Source of the DNA: Dehalococcoidia bacterium
Lineage (GTDB): Bacteria > Chloroflexota > Dehalococcoidia > UBA2979
DNA: 64,000 nt
Direction of reading: 5' to 3'
Assembly (NCBI GenBank): GCA_963667465.2
Contig: CAXXDN010000002.1
Location: 1,408,001 to 1,472,000 of the forward strand
Below are positions 63,175 through 64,000 of the stretch, one piece after another (positions within the stretch are counted from its first letter, which is position 1; the number at the start of each line of letters is the position of its first letter). A program made the position numbers and the translations under genes. The notes beneath the pieces were generated by a model, which was not told where the DNA came from, searched no databases, and saw nothing but the letters and a program-made list of their open reading frames with translations.

Positions 63175-64000
63175 TCAGCGCGGCTCCTGCGCGTGGACCC
63201 AGGGCAGCACCTCGGCGGCGAACAGCTCGAGGGCGCCGAGGCCGTCCTCGAGGGACATGCCCTCCGGGCGGATGCCCAGCGTCCAGCCGGTGAACGGGAT
63301 CGGGCCGGACAGCGCCTCGATGTCCGCTTGCAGCGCCTCGATCCACATCGCGGGCGTGCCGATCAGTTCGCCCTCGGTCGCGAACGAGGCGCCCGAGTCC
63401 GCCGCCACCTGCGTGACGTCGCGAGGGTACTCGTCGCGTCCGGCGAACTCGCCGGCGGCCATGTACTCGGTCCGGCCCTCGATGAACGGCGCGCCGATGC
63501 GCACCGCCTCGGCGGCGTCCGCCGCGATGTAGCCGTTGCGCACGATCGTGAAGTCGAGCGTCGCCGGGTCCACGCCGTGCTCCTCCGCGAGTTCGCAGTA
63601 GTCGGTGTAGACGCCGCGCCCGATCGCCTCGCGGTGCAACGTGTTCACGCCGAGGCCGAAGCGCACCGCGCGCGCGAGCGCGGGGCGGCTGCGGGCCGTG
63701 ACGTAGACCTTCGGGTGGGGCCGCTGGATCGGCGGCGGGAGCAGATCGACGCCGCTCGCGCTGTGGTAGCGGCCCGCGTGGCTGAACCCGCGCTCGCGCA
63801 GCGCGCCGAGCAGGATCGTCAGCGCCTCGTCCGTGCGGTCGCCGCGCTCGCGGCGCGGAACGCCGAACGCCTCGAAGTCGCCCTCGCGGTAGCCGACGCC
63901 GATGCCGAGCATCGCGCGCCCGTTCGAGAGCAGATCGAGGACGGCGAGTTGCTCGGCGACGTGCACGGGGTGGTAGAGCGGGAGCAGCAGCGGCTGCGTC
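63175..64000 (-). CDS. LLM class flavin-dependent oxidoreductase (5' truncated by window)
   Basis: LLPLYHPVHVAEQLAVLDLLSNGR, PPPIQRPHP. Confidence 0.88.
   Translation of the reverse strand, partial: TQPLLLPLYHPVHVAEQLAVLDLLSNGRAMLGIGVGYREGDFEAFGVPRRERGDRTDEALTILLGALRERGFSHAGRYHSASGVDLLPPPIQRPHPKVYVTARSRPALARAVRFGLGVNTLHREAIGRGVYTDYCELAEEHGVDPATLDFTIVRNGYIAADAAEAVRIGAPFIEGRTEYMAAGEFAGRDEYPRDVTQVAADSGASFATEGELIGTPAMWIEALQADIEALSGPIPFTGWTLGIRPEGMSLEDGLGALELFAAEVLPWVHAQEPR

Noticed and set aside
1-64000. Many long overlapping or antisense ORFs (for example 8634-11012, 13458-15482, 25269-27152, 47754-49493, 60978-63293)
   Set aside because: Arg/Ala/Pro-rich shadow frames expected at this GC content, overlapping well-supported genes

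Overview
Very GC-rich bacterial chromosomal segment. The gene content (four crotonases, four luciferase-like oxidoreductases, three CaiB-type CoA transferases, SDRs, tandem-domain HisG plus HisZ) suggests Chloroflexota/Dehalococcoidia; this is an inference. The window holds the murB 3' end, a lipid/acyl-CoA catabolic cluster, two divergent giant secreted repeat proteins (Ig-like; CBM-like plus lamin-tail), amtB, an unusual his operon, a DUF4258/DUF2283 pair, birA, an MFS transporter, pduO, DAHP synthase, an M16 peptidase pair, ppk2, ROK-gnd-tal/pgi, and a LigD-type Prim-Pol and LigC separated by a repeat-flanked thiolase cassette. It ends with a KamA-like radical SAM gene behind a c-di-AMP riboswitch, an alpha carbonic anhydrase and further oxidoreductases. 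Most notable: (1) the his operon has a leaderless His-codon leader peptide with a complete attenuator; (2) an internal promoter with a palindromic operator drives an HTH-HisB fusion, an orphan DNA methyltransferase and an RlmJ-like/HisN fusion; (3) a stand-alone 23-aa small-ORF transcription unit; (4) the c-di-AMP riboswitch on an aminomutase; (5) REP and G-quadruplex repeat arrays around a cassette splitting Prim-Pol from LigC. No rRNA, tRNA, CRISPR array or transposase was found.
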